A stretch of DNA of 64,000 nucleotides, from NCBI GenBank assembly GCA_964291295.2, contig OZ219754.1, positions 2,528,001 to 2,592,000 of the forward strand, given 5' to 3'. The notes below the pieces were generated by a model. That model saw nothing but the letters and a program-made list of their open reading frames with translations. It searched no databases and had not been told where the DNA came from. Position numbers and translations under genes: made by a program. Source of the DNA: an uncultured Candidatus Binatia bacterium (GTDB lineage: Bacteria; Desulfobacterota; Binatia; UBA9968; JAJDTQ01). Below are positions 55,300 to 64,000 of this stretch, piece after piece. Within the stretch, counting starts at the first letter, position 1. The number at the start of each line of letters is the position of its first letter.

Positions 55300-56420
55300 T
55301 ACACAGCGACTTAAGTAATGCCGCATAATCCTGGAGGAAGCAATTATAGGAAAGAGAGGAGGGATGCGGCATGAGAAGGCTTGAGATAACGGAAGCGGAG
55401 GTGATGGGCATGGCGATACAGCAGGAAATCCAACGGTCGGAGGAATCGCGGTACGACCATCGGCTTCATGGCTTGTTGTTGGTGGCAGGTGGCCAGAGTT
55501 GCCGGCAGGTGGCGCGGTTGTTCGATGAGGATCCGCGTACGGTGCAGCGCTGGGTGCGCACCTTCGAGCAGCGGGGCTTTGCCGGGCTGCGCGAGGGGGA
55601 GCGGAGCGGTCGTCCGCGGTCGCTCACATCGGATCAGTGGTCTTCGCTGGAAGGCGACCTGCGCCGCCGGCCGGACGATTTCGGTCTGGTGGGACATCTG
55701 TGGGATGGCAAGCGGGTGGCGGAACACTTGCGGCGTCGTTACCGAGTGGAATTGGGTGTGCGACATTGCCAGCGGCTATTCCGGCAGATGGGATTCCATC
55801 TCCGGAAGCCACGACCTAAATTGGCGCTGGCGGACCCGCTGGGCGTGGATGGGTTTAAAAAAACTGCGTCGCTTGGCGAAACGCCGGGACCTTGAACTGT
55901 GGAGCCAAGACGAATGCCACTTTCAACGCCACGGCACCCGCTGCCGCGTATGGGTGCCGCCCGAGGACAAGGACCCGGTGGCCCGTCACGCGCCGACACG
56001 CCAATCCGCCGCCTGCTTCGGCGCGGTGAGTTTGCACAGCGGCAAGTTCGTCCACGCTTTTTCGCCGGTGTTCAATGCGGTCACCTTCGAGACCTTCCTG
56101 AAGAGCCTGCTACGCCGCCGTTCGCGCAACAAAAAGATGGTTGTGGTTCTCGACAATGCGCGCTACCACCACGCCAAACTTCTCAAACCTCTGCTCGACA
56201 CCCATCGGGTGCATCTGGAATTGTGGTTCCTGCCGCCCTACAGCCCGCAACTCGCTCCTATCGAACGGGTCTGGAAACTCACCCGGCGCCTTGCCACCCA
56301 CAACCTCTACTTTGGCAGTCTCGACGAGTTGCTCTCCACCGTCGAAATCTGTTTCGCCCAGTGGCGAAAACCCAATGTCATATTGCAACGTCTATGCGGT
56401 ATTACTTAAGTCGCTGTGTA
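55300..56420 (+). mobile_element. IS630-family insertion sequence, apparently intact
   Basis: 28-bp IRs TACACAGCGACTTAAGTAATGCCGCATA / TATGCGGTATTACTTAAGTCGCTGTGTA with 1 mismatch; TA flanks at 55298-55299 and 56421-56422. Confidence 0.92.
55371..56409 (+). CDS. IS630 transposase split over two frames at TTTAAAAAAAC
   Basis: HTH ORF 55371-55895; DDE ORF with QDECHF, VLDNARYH, LPPYSPQLAPIERVW. Confidence 0.88.
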
Positions 56421-56474
56421 TAATTCCATTCTCCACAAGATCATAAACCGCAATGCCAGGCATAAGTCCTATAA

Positions 56475-57590
56475 TCAGAACAGGTCCGGAAACACCTCGT
56501 TCGGGATCTCCCGTCCGACTCCTTGGCTCCTGGCCGCTTCGTAGACTCTCCCGGCCAGGGCGGTGAACTGGAGTCCGAAGCCGACGCTGTTGTTGAAGCA
56601 GGTGATCTGGGCAGGGTCGGTTCGGCCCGGGTGGCGCCCCAGCAGCAGGTCCGGCAGGTCCGGGGCATTGGTCCAGTCGATCTCCACGGCGTCGCCGGGG
56701 GGATAGCCTTTTTCGATATCGAGCAGGATCCGTGGCGGCAGCGGGGCGTGCTGATTCCGGGCGACAAGGGTCGTCGGCCCGAGGTTGTCCCTGGAATTGA
56801 CCGCGAGAACGTCGAAGCGGCCGAAGGTTGCGGGGGCGATCTCGCAGTGGCGCACCGAGCAGACGTGCATCCCGGGCTCGAGCCAGTCGGTCCGGATGAC
56901 CGGCGTCAGGGCGTTGGTGGCAATGACGACGATGTCGCTGCCGCGCACGGCGTCCTCGGCGCGCGCGACGGCGTTCAGGTCCGGGCAATGCCGCCACCGG
57001 GGGTTCTGGACAAAGCGCTCGCGGTGCGAGGGGTCGGGGCTGAAGACGCGAACCGACCTGATGCCGGGCAGGGTGTGCATCAGGGCGTCCAGGTGCGCGC
57101 CGGCCATGAAGCCGGTGCCCAGTACGCCGGCGCTGGCGGCGTCCGCCCGGGCCAGGTGTCTGGCCGCCAGAGCGGCGGCGGCTCCCACCCGCAGGTTGCG
57201 GATGTGTCCCTCGCTGATGAGCGCCAGCAGGTCGCCGTCCGCCAGGTCGAACAGCATCAGCAGGCCCCGCGTGACGCTGTGACTCCGCCGGGTGCCGGGA
57301 GTCCGGTCGCGGCGGAAGCTGCCGTCGCGCTCCTGCCAGAAGAGCTTGTCGGTGAGAAACCGGATGGCGGCGTACTTCCGCGTCGAGGCCGACATGGTCT
57401 TCAGGCTGTGGGCGCCCGGCAGCGTGTCGCCCTCCTCGTTCACGTAGGAATCGGGTGTGAGCAGGTCGATTCGGGGGCTGGTGATGCAGGCTCCGGTGCC
57501 GAGGTCCCGGTAGGCTTCCTCAAGGGCGGACAGGCTCATGGGCATGTCGAGGAGTTGCTGCGATTCGGCGTTGTCGATGGCGAGTACCAT
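56475..57590 (-). CDS. Ornithine cyclodeaminase/mu-crystallin family protein
   Basis: RVGAAAALAA, GTGFMA, SDIVVIATN, GFGLQF. Confidence 0.85.
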   Translation of the reverse strand: MVLAIDNAESQQLLDMPMSLSALEEAYRDLGTGACITSPRIDLLTPDSYVNEEGDTLPGAHSLKTMSASTRKYAAIRFLTDKLFWQERDGSFRRDRTPGTRRSHSVTRGLLMLFDLADGDLLALISEGHIRNLRVGAAAALAARHLARADAASAGVLGTGFMAGAHLDALMHTLPGIRSVRVFSPDPSHRERFVQNPRWRHCPDLNAVARAEDAVRGSDIVVIATNALTPVIRTDWLEPGMHVCSVRHCEIAPATFGRFDVLAVNSRDNLGPTTLVARNQHAPLPPRILLDIEKGYPPGDAVEIDWTNAPDLPDLLLGRHPGRTDPAQITCFNNSVGFGLQFTALAGRVYEAARSQGVGREIPNEVFPDLF

Positions 57591-58048
57591 GAGGCTCGAT
57601 CCTCCGTGCCGGCTGCGACACCTCGTCCGGTCCGTGTCGGAAGCGGCGATGTTCCTCGAACGGTTCCGTGTTGTCAACTTGAGTCCGCTTGAGTCCACTT
57701 GAACGACCATGCCGCAGGGTCGGCTGTCAAAGGCGCTGATTGTCAAAGGCTGTCAAAGGCGATCCGGCTCTCTTTCCGGTCGATGTTCGATGTCGATACG
57801 GTCTTGATGCGGTCGGTCCGAATCGTATCGAACCCGGCCTTCCGAGTTCTCACGGTCCTTGTTCCCCCGTGTCTTGTCCTCTGCCGTTGTCATCTGCCCT
57901 TGTCCTCTACTATTCCGCACCGGGTTGCGGTATGTTCCCGGAACGAAATGGCTCTCTGGAACAGGCCGGGATGTTTTCCGGTCGGGATGTCTTCCGGCCA
58001 GAATGTTTTCCGGCCAAGGTTTCCGGCAGCCCGTCGACGAGGTGTGAA

Positions 58049-58603
58049 ATGGCGCTTGATCCGGCCACCAGCAGCAGCACGTTCGACCGTTACATCCAGG
58101 AGTTGCGTTCCCTTTGGCGCGACAGTCGGGATGCGGAACTGCCGTTCAGGGTGAAGGCCGCCATGGAGCGGATGCTGATATCCACCGGTCCCGACGATCC
58201 CTGGATGGCCGAAATCATCCGTGAGGCAAAGCCGTCCCGGGAACTCTATCGGGATCCCGACTACGGCTTCATCCAGATGGGGCACGTGCACCCCGAGGGT
58301 CACGGCAACATGCCCCATGACCACGGGCCTTGCTGGGTGGTCTACGGCGCCTGGCGAGGGCTCACCCGGATAACCCTCCACGAGCGCGGCGGCGGCGATG
58401 ATGCGGACCTGCGCACCCGGGACGTCCACAGGCTGGCGCCCGGCGTGGTCTATCCCTATCTCACGGGCCAGATCCATTCGACCCGCGCGGTGGAGACGCC
58501 CGCGGTGGTCTTCCGCTTCCTGAGCGCGGACCTCACCCGCGTCCGGCGCCGGCGCTACGACCTGGAGACGGGCGCGGTGACCCTCATCGAGCCGCAGGCC
58601 TGA
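58049..58603 (+). CDS. Cupin / cysteine dioxygenase-like protein
   Basis: PHDHGPCWVVYG...GQIHS. Confidence 0.7.
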   Translation: MALDPATSSSTFDRYIQELRSLWRDSRDAELPFRVKAAMERMLISTGPDDPWMAEIIREAKPSRELYRDPDYGFIQMGHVHPEGHGNMPHDHGPCWVVYGAWRGLTRITLHERGGGDDADLRTRDVHRLAPGVVYPYLTGQIHSTRAVETPAVVFRFLSADLTRVRRRRYDLETGAVTLIEPQA

Positions 58604-58613
58604 ACAGAGGCCG

Positions 58614-59960
58614 GTGGCCGACGATCCCGCCATCATGTACCCGGGCGCTCCCGAGAGCCTTGAAATAGAGACCGCGTCGCCGGAAGCGATCCGGCGCATC
58701 CAGGGAGAGCGCCTGGCCGCGCTGGTGCGGCGCTCCTGGGACCATGTTCCCTTCTATCGGGAACGCTGGAAGGCCTGCGGTCTCGAACCCGGCGACATTC
58801 GCACCGCCGCCGATATCCGAAAGCTCCCGGTCATCCGCAAGAGCGATTTCGAGGACAGCCTGCGGCGCCACCCGCCGTTCGGCGACTACCAGGGCGACTT
58901 CCCGGCCGTGCGCATCCAGGCCAGTTCGGGTACTTCGGGCAACCCCAAGCCTTTCTTCTTCACGCGCGGCGACTGGGATGTCATCGCCCGGCTGTGGAGC
59001 CGCCGTTTCCATGCCCAGGGCGTCCGGGAAGGCGACATCCTCCAGATCGTCTTCGCCTACACGCTGTTCATCGTGGGGTTCACCGCCTCCGAAGGCGCCA
59101 TGCGGCTCGGGGCGCTGGTGGTGCCCGCCGGCAGCGGCAGCGTCACGCCGAGCGAGCGGCAGGTGAAGATCGCCCGGGACTGGAACGTCACCGTGCTGGC
59201 GGGCACGCCGTCCTACGTGCTTCATCTCGCCGACGTGGCCGAGCGGCAGGGATTCGATCCTGCGAAGGACTTTCGCCTCCGGCACACCATCCACACCTCC
59301 GAGACCATGACCGAACCGGCCCGGCGTGCCATAGAGAGCCGCTGGGGCGTGACCGCCTACGACAACTTCGGCAGCGTGGAGACCGGCTCCCCGACCTTCG
59401 AGTGCGCGGAACGAAAGGGCTACCACGTCAACGAGGACGCCTACATCTTCGAGGTGCTGGACCCGGCCACCCACGAGCCCGTGCCCGCGGGCCAGGAGGG
59501 CGTGCTGGTGGTCACCTGCCTGTTCAAGGAAGCGGCGCCGGTGATCCGCTACAACATCGAGGATCTGTGCGGGTTCATCGGGGACGACTGCGCCTGCGGC
59601 CGCACCTTCCGGCGTATTTCAAAACTCCGGGGCCGGCTGAGCGACATGGTCAAGGTGAGCGGCATCCCATTCTATCCGACCTCGGTGGAGACCGCACTGG
59701 AGCTGTTGCCGCAGCTTGCCCGGGAGTACCGGGTCACGGTGGACCGGGTGGGGCAGAAGGACAGCCTGACGGTGGAGGTGGAGATGCGGCCCGGCTGTGC
59801 GGCGACCGGCGAAATCAGGCAGCGGCTGGAGCGGGAGCTGAAGGTGGCGACGAGCCTGACCATGGAGGCGGTGCTGCTGTCGCCGGGCGAACTCGGCCGT
59901 TCCCTCGCGGTGGAAGACCGCATCAAGGTGAGGCGTATCCGCGACAACCGGCACGCCTGA
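58614..59960 (+). CDS. Phenylacetate--CoA ligase-like AMP-binding enzyme
   Basis: ASSGTSGNP, GTPSY, DNFGSVE, IRYNIED, GRLSDMVKVSG. Confidence 0.88.
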   Translation: MADDPAIMYPGAPESLEIETASPEAIRRIQGERLAALVRRSWDHVPFYRERWKACGLEPGDIRTAADIRKLPVIRKSDFEDSLRRHPPFGDYQGDFPAVRIQASSGTSGNPKPFFFTRGDWDVIARLWSRRFHAQGVREGDILQIVFAYTLFIVGFTASEGAMRLGALVVPAGSGSVTPSERQVKIARDWNVTVLAGTPSYVLHLADVAERQGFDPAKDFRLRHTIHTSETMTEPARRAIESRWGVTAYDNFGSVETGSPTFECAERKGYHVNEDAYIFEVLDPATHEPVPAGQEGVLVVTCLFKEAAPVIRYNIEDLCGFIGDDCACGRTFRRISKLRGRLSDMVKVSGIPFYPTSVETALELLPQLAREYRVTVDRVGQKDSLTVEVEMRPGCAATGEIRQRLERELKVATSLTMEAVLLSPGELGRSLAVEDRIKVRRIRDNRHA

Positions 59961-60058
59961 GGGCTCCGGAAGATGGCTGGCTGACCAATGGCGCCGGCCA
60001 CCCGGGAGGTGACGGCGCGGCTTGCAATCGGCCGGTGCACCCCTTACGTTTTCGCGTC

Positions 60059-61492
60059 ATGATTTTCGACGACAATCGCGGTTTCATCGATGCGCTCCGG
60101 CAGTCCGGCGACCTCGTGGAGGTGCGGAAGGAGGTGAACTGGGACCTGGAACTCGGGGCCGTGAGCCGTTTGGCGTGCGAGAAGGACGGGCCGGCGGTCT
60201 GGTTCAGGCGCGTCACCGACTATGCCGGCGAGGTCTCGGTGTTCGTCAATCCGGTGGCCACCTGGCGGCGCATCGCCATCGCCCTGGGCCTCGCCCCCAC
60301 GGCCACCGTGCGGGAGATCAGCGAGGCCTACGAGAAGGGAGAGGGCAACCCCATCGAACCGGTGGAGGTGACGCGAGCCCCGTGCAAACAGGTGGTCCGC
60401 ACGGGGGCCGACGCCAACCTTTTCGACCTGCCCACGCCCATGCTTCACGAGGGCGACGGCGGGCGTTACCTGGGCACCTGGGACCTGGTGGTCTCCAGGG
60501 ACGTGGACAGCGGTTGGGTCAACTGGGGCATGTATCGGTTCATGGTTTACGACGCGCACCACCTGACCGGCTTCCCGCGGCCCACGAGCCATCTGGGCAA
60601 GACCTTTCAGGAGCACCATGTCGCCCGGGGCAGGTCCATGCCTTTGGCCATCGCCATCGGCGCGGACCCGCTCTCGCACTTCGCCGCGGCCGCCACCTAT
60701 GCGCTGGGGGGCGATGAGGCGGGGCTGGCCGGCGGACTCCGCGGCCGTCCGGTGGAGGTGGTCCGCTGCGAGACCAGCGATCTTCTCGTGCCGGCCCATT
60801 CCGAGATCGTCATCGAGGGAGAGTTGCTGCCCGACCGGGTGGGGCTGGAGGGTCCCTACGGCGAGTACCCGGGTTACCGTACCGGCGAGATGGGCAACGG
60901 CGTCCTGTTCCGGACCACCGCCATCACCCATCGCGAAAATCCCGTGCTCACGGCGGACGCCACCGGCTACAAGGACGACAGCTCCACGGTGACGGCGCTG
61001 TCGGGCGCCCTGGCCATCAAGCGCCGGCTCGAGCGCCACGGCGTGCCGGTGCGCGACGTGTATGTGCCGCCGGAGGGCGCGGTGCACCTGGCGGTCCTGA
61101 GCGTGGACTACGGCGGCCAGGAGGTGGCCAGGAAGGTGCTTCAGGTACTGACCTCGCGCCGGGCGCTGCTCTCGAAGCTCTTCATGGTGGATACCGACAC
61201 CGATGTGTTCGACATGGGCAAGGTCCTCCACGCCTTCTCCACCAAGTGTCATCCGGCCAACGGTATCCACGTGATCCACTACGAAGGCCGGGCCAATACC
61301 CTGACGCCCTGCTACAGCCAGGCGGAGCGGGCGGCTCAGAAGGGCGCCACCGTGCTGTACGACTGCACCTGGCCCGGCGAATGGTCGCGGGAATGGGAAA
61401 CGCCGGTAAAGGCGACCCTGGATTCGATCTTCTCCAGGGCGTTGCAGGAGAAGGTACGGAAGAACTGGAGCGCGTATGGCTTCAAGCGGTAA
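60059..61492 (+). CDS. UbiD-family (de)carboxylase, phenylphosphate carboxylase alpha-subunit-like
   Basis: EVNWDLELGA, HEGDGGRYLGTW, NWGMYR, EGPYGEYPGY, STKCHP, DCTWP. Confidence 0.85.
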   Translation: MIFDDNRGFIDALRQSGDLVEVRKEVNWDLELGAVSRLACEKDGPAVWFRRVTDYAGEVSVFVNPVATWRRIAIALGLAPTATVREISEAYEKGEGNPIEPVEVTRAPCKQVVRTGADANLFDLPTPMLHEGDGGRYLGTWDLVVSRDVDSGWVNWGMYRFMVYDAHHLTGFPRPTSHLGKTFQEHHVARGRSMPLAIAIGADPLSHFAAAATYALGGDEAGLAGGLRGRPVEVVRCETSDLLVPAHSEIVIEGELLPDRVGLEGPYGEYPGYRTGEMGNGVLFRTTAITHRENPVLTADATGYKDDSSTVTALSGALAIKRRLERHGVPVRDVYVPPEGAVHLAVLSVDYGGQEVARKVLQVLTSRRALLSKLFMVDTDTDVFDMGKVLHAFSTKCHPANGIHVIHYEGRANTLTPCYSQAERAAQKGATVLYDCTWPGEWSREWETPVKATLDSIFSRALQEKVRKNWSAYGFKR

Positions 61493-61829
61493 GGCGCCGC
61501 TCTGGGACACCTTCGTGCGCCGGCCGGGGGATCTCCGGTGCGGCGTGGAGACGCCAATGGTCCTGAGGGACCTGAGGTCCGGCCGCTGCAAGTACGGGCT
61601 CAGGCACGTGGTGGGCGTCGTTCACGAGGACGGCGGCCCGGGCGAGGGCCTTGTGGTCCGCACCGTGGTGGGCCTCGCGCTGCCCGGTGCCTACACTGTG
61701 GAGATCGTCCGGGAGCTGCCCCAGGAGATCGCCGGAACCCCGTACCGGGACTTCTACGGCGCGCTGCATCGGGCCGCCGCGGCGCCGGATCGGCCAGAGC
61801 GGGACCACGACCGCCCCGCCGGCACGTAG
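61476..61829 (+). CDS. Phenylphosphate carboxylase gamma-subunit (PpcC)-like small protein
   Basis: WDTFV..P.DL..G....M.LRDL.SG..KY....V pattern recalled from PpcC; overlaps the UbiD stop. Confidence 0.6.
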   Translation: MASSGKAPLWDTFVRRPGDLRCGVETPMVLRDLRSGRCKYGLRHVVGVVHEDGGPGEGLVVRTVVGLALPGAYTVEIVRELPQEIAGTPYRDFYGALHRAAAAPDRPERDHDRPAGT

Positions 61830-61913
61830 GAGTCCGCGCCGCCGGACATCCCCGCGGGACAGGGATCCGCCGGAGTCCCGATTCGTTTCCGCCAAGGGGA
61901 CGAGCCGGCACGC

Positions 61914-61978
61914 TGCCGGCATTCCGGACACCGGCATTCCCGACGGCGGCATTCCTGACGCCGGTTTTCCGGACGCCA
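61914..61978 (+). repeat. 15-bp tandem repeat (about 4 units, GCCGGCATTCCNGAC-like)
   Basis: gccggcattccggac-accggcattcccgac-ggcggcattcctgac-gccggttttccggac. Confidence 0.75.
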
Positions 61979-62095
61979 CTTCGTACGCCACTCCGGATAC
62001 CCTCCGCCTTCCCCCGATGGCCTGCCGGAGCGTTCCCCGGCACGCCCCCCCGGGGCCGCGCCCCCTGCGGCCTCCTCCGACCGGCGATGAACGCG

Positions 62096-63247
62096 TCACC
62101 GCCGGATCTCATGCGGGTCCAGTGCGTCGCGCAGCCCGTCGCCGATGTAGTTGAACGCCATCACGGTGATGAAGATCAGCACGCCGGGAATCAGGATCCA
62201 GGGGTGGAAGCGGATCTGCGCGATATCCATCGCGTGGGACAGCATGTTTCCCCAGGAAGCCTCCGGATCCTGGATGCCGAGACCGATGAGGCTCAGGCCG
62301 GACTCCCCGAGGATGTAGCCCGGGATGGACATGGTGGCGGCGACGATGGCGTACGAGAAGGTATTGGGGAGCACGTGGCGGACGATGATGCGTGAATGGG
62401 GCACGCCCATGGCGCGCGCGCTGGTGACGTAGTCCATCTCGCTGATGGAGAGCACGAGCCCGCGGATGATCCGGGCGAGGCTGGCCCAGCCGATGAAGCT
62501 CAGGATGACGACGATGGCCAGATAGGTCTCGAACGAGGACCAGTTCGCGGGAATCGCCGCCCGCAGGGCCAGCAGCAGATAGAAGCCCGGCATCATCATC
62601 AACATTTCACACAGCCGCTGGATGAGCATGTCCGTGCGTCCGCCGAAATAACCGGAGGCGCCGCCGATGAGCATTCCCAGGGCGAAGGTGATGGCCACGC
62701 CCACCAGCCCCACCGAGAGCGACACGCGGCCGCCGTACAGCAGCCGGGAAAGGATGTCGCGGCCGAAGCTGTCCGAGCCCAGCAGGAACAGCATCGGCCG
62801 TTCCGGGTCGGCTTCGGGAATGTTCTCCACGCCGCGCAGGCCGAACAGGTGCACGCGGGTCTCGATGAGCCCCAGGAAACGATAGCGGTCGCCGGTAACG
62901 AAGAACCCGATGGGATAGGCGGGGCCCGGCGTTTCGCGGTAGACCTTGCGCTGGTTCTCGTCGAACTCGAAGGCGCTGTTGTAGACGTAGGGCCACCGGA
63001 GCCCGTCCGCGTCGGCGAAACGGATCCACGTGATCATGGGCGGATGGTAGGCTTTCTTGCGGGCGCTGGCGGCATAGTGGTGGGGTGCCAGGAAGTCCGC
63101 AAAGATGGCGCTGCCATAGAGGAGTACCAGGATCCAGAATCCGAGCATGGCGAGGCGGTTGCGCCGCAGGCGGGACAGGGCGTGCCGGAGCGGTGCGTGG
63201 GATCCCGGTGCCGGGGGTCTCTTGCGGATGGCCGGGTCGGGCGGCAT
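62096..63247 (-). CDS. Peptide/nickel ABC transporter permease (OppC/DppC-like)
   Basis: LGSDSFGRDILSRL, EAA loop YVTSARAMG, HVLPN, SWGNML. Confidence 0.9.
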   Translation of the reverse strand: MPPDPAIRKRPPAPGSHAPLRHALSRLRRNRLAMLGFWILVLLYGSAIFADFLAPHHYAASARKKAYHPPMITWIRFADADGLRWPYVYNSAFEFDENQRKVYRETPGPAYPIGFFVTGDRYRFLGLIETRVHLFGLRGVENIPEADPERPMLFLLGSDSFGRDILSRLLYGGRVSLSVGLVGVAITFALGMLIGGASGYFGGRTDMLIQRLCEMLMMMPGFYLLLALRAAIPANWSSFETYLAIVVILSFIGWASLARIIRGLVLSISEMDYVTSARAMGVPHSRIIVRHVLPNTFSYAIVAATMSIPGYILGESGLSLIGLGIQDPEASWGNMLSHAMDIAQIRFHPWILIPGVLIFITVMAFNYIGDGLRDALDPHEIRR

Positions 63248-63252
63248 GGCGG

Positions 63253-64000
63253 CTACCGGTAGCTGATGCGGGGGTCCACCCACGCCAGCAGGATGTCGGC
63301 GAGCAGGTTGCCGACGATCAGCAGCAGTCCCCCGGCCAGGGAACTGGCCATGACCACGTAGATGTCGTAGGAGCGCACCGCGGTCAGCATCAGTTGGCCG
63401 ATCCCGGGGTAGCCGAAAACGATCTCCACCAGAGCCGAGCCGCCGATAAGGGTGGGCAGCAGGGAGCCGAAGCCCGCCACGAACGGGGTGATGGCGTTCC
63501 TCAGGATATGCTTGTAGTGGATCATGGCATCGGAGAGGCCCTTGGCCCGGGCGGTGACCACGAACGGCATGTGGCTCTTGTCGAGAAACTCGGCTCGCAG
63601 CACGCGCACCAGCGCCGCCATGGAGCCGGTTCCCAGTACCACCACCGGCAGGACCAGGTGGCGAGCCAAGTCCATCATCCGCCCCCACCGGTCCAGTTCA
63701 TGGTAGTTCGCCGACGTGAGCCCGCCGATGGGAAGCCACTCGTGCAACGGATGGGCCGGGTCGAGATCGTAGGTCAGTGTCACGGCGTAGAGCAGCAACA
63801 GCGCGAAGAAGAACGAAGGGATGGCCATGCCCATGTAGGCCAGGAAACCGAACGCCCTGTCGCTCCAGGAGTAGGGATGCGTGGCGGACCAGATGCCGAT
63901 GGGCAGCGACAGCAGCCAGGTGAAGAGGACGGCCAGCACGTTCAACAGCAGGGTGTTCTTCAGAAAAGGCCACATGGTGGTCCACACCGGTTGGCGGTTG
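63253..64000 (-). CDS. Peptide/nickel ABC transporter permease (OppB/DppB-like), partial
   Basis: HLVLP, TARAKGL, KHILRNA, VEIVFGYPGIG, DPRI. Confidence 0.9.
   Translation of the reverse strand, partial: NRQPVWTTMWPFLKNTLLLNVLAVLFTWLLSLPIGIWSATHPYSWSDRAFGFLAYMGMAIPSFFFALLLLYAVTLTYDLDPAHPLHEWLPIGGLTSANYHELDRWGRMMDLARHLVLPVVVLGTGSMAALVRVLRAEFLDKSHMPFVVTARAKGLSDAMIHYKHILRNAITPFVAGFGSLLPTLIGGSALVEIVFGYPGIGQLMLTAVRSYDIYVVMASSLAGGLLLIVGNLLADILLAWVDPRISYR

Noticed and set aside
55160-55411. N-terminal extension of the 858-aa ORF
   Set aside because: It runs through the IS630 left end, so it is probably fortuitous; the start was moved to 55159.

Overview
GC-rich bacterial window, mostly metabolic genes, with two accessory/defence islands. 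The gene repertoire resembles Binatota/deltaproteobacterial host-associated genomes, but this taxonomy is only an inference. Island 1 (about 3.2-16.5 kb) holds a decayed AAA_14/DUF4143 ATPase, IS remnants and a degenerate type I-G CRISPR mini-array. It also holds a type I-G (I-U) effector operon cas3-cas8(csb3)-cas7(csb1)-csb2 with no cas1/cas2/cas4, and a convergent PaeR7I-like type II R-M pair. Island 2 (about 48.3-56.4 kb) is a translationally coupled two-gene operon. It encodes a ~775-aa uncharacterised protein ending in an Ig-like domain and a ribosomal protein eL13 (L13e)-like domain, followed by a 1401-aa DruE-like SF2 helicase with a DUF1998 Zn domain, with an intact IS630 just upstream. 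This operon is the best candidate for an undescribed system. Other notable items: a probable selenocysteine-containing Bcp peroxiredoxin, a NirK whose type-1 Cu axial Met is replaced by Leu, a TbpB-like surface lipoprotein with a broken Slam gene, a PpcA/PpcC-like UbiD module with a CoA ligase, msrPQ, a Mo-hydroxylase SLM cluster, prpBD, asnS, tadA and tRNA-Lys. All family calls come from motif recognition by eye; no database searches were run.
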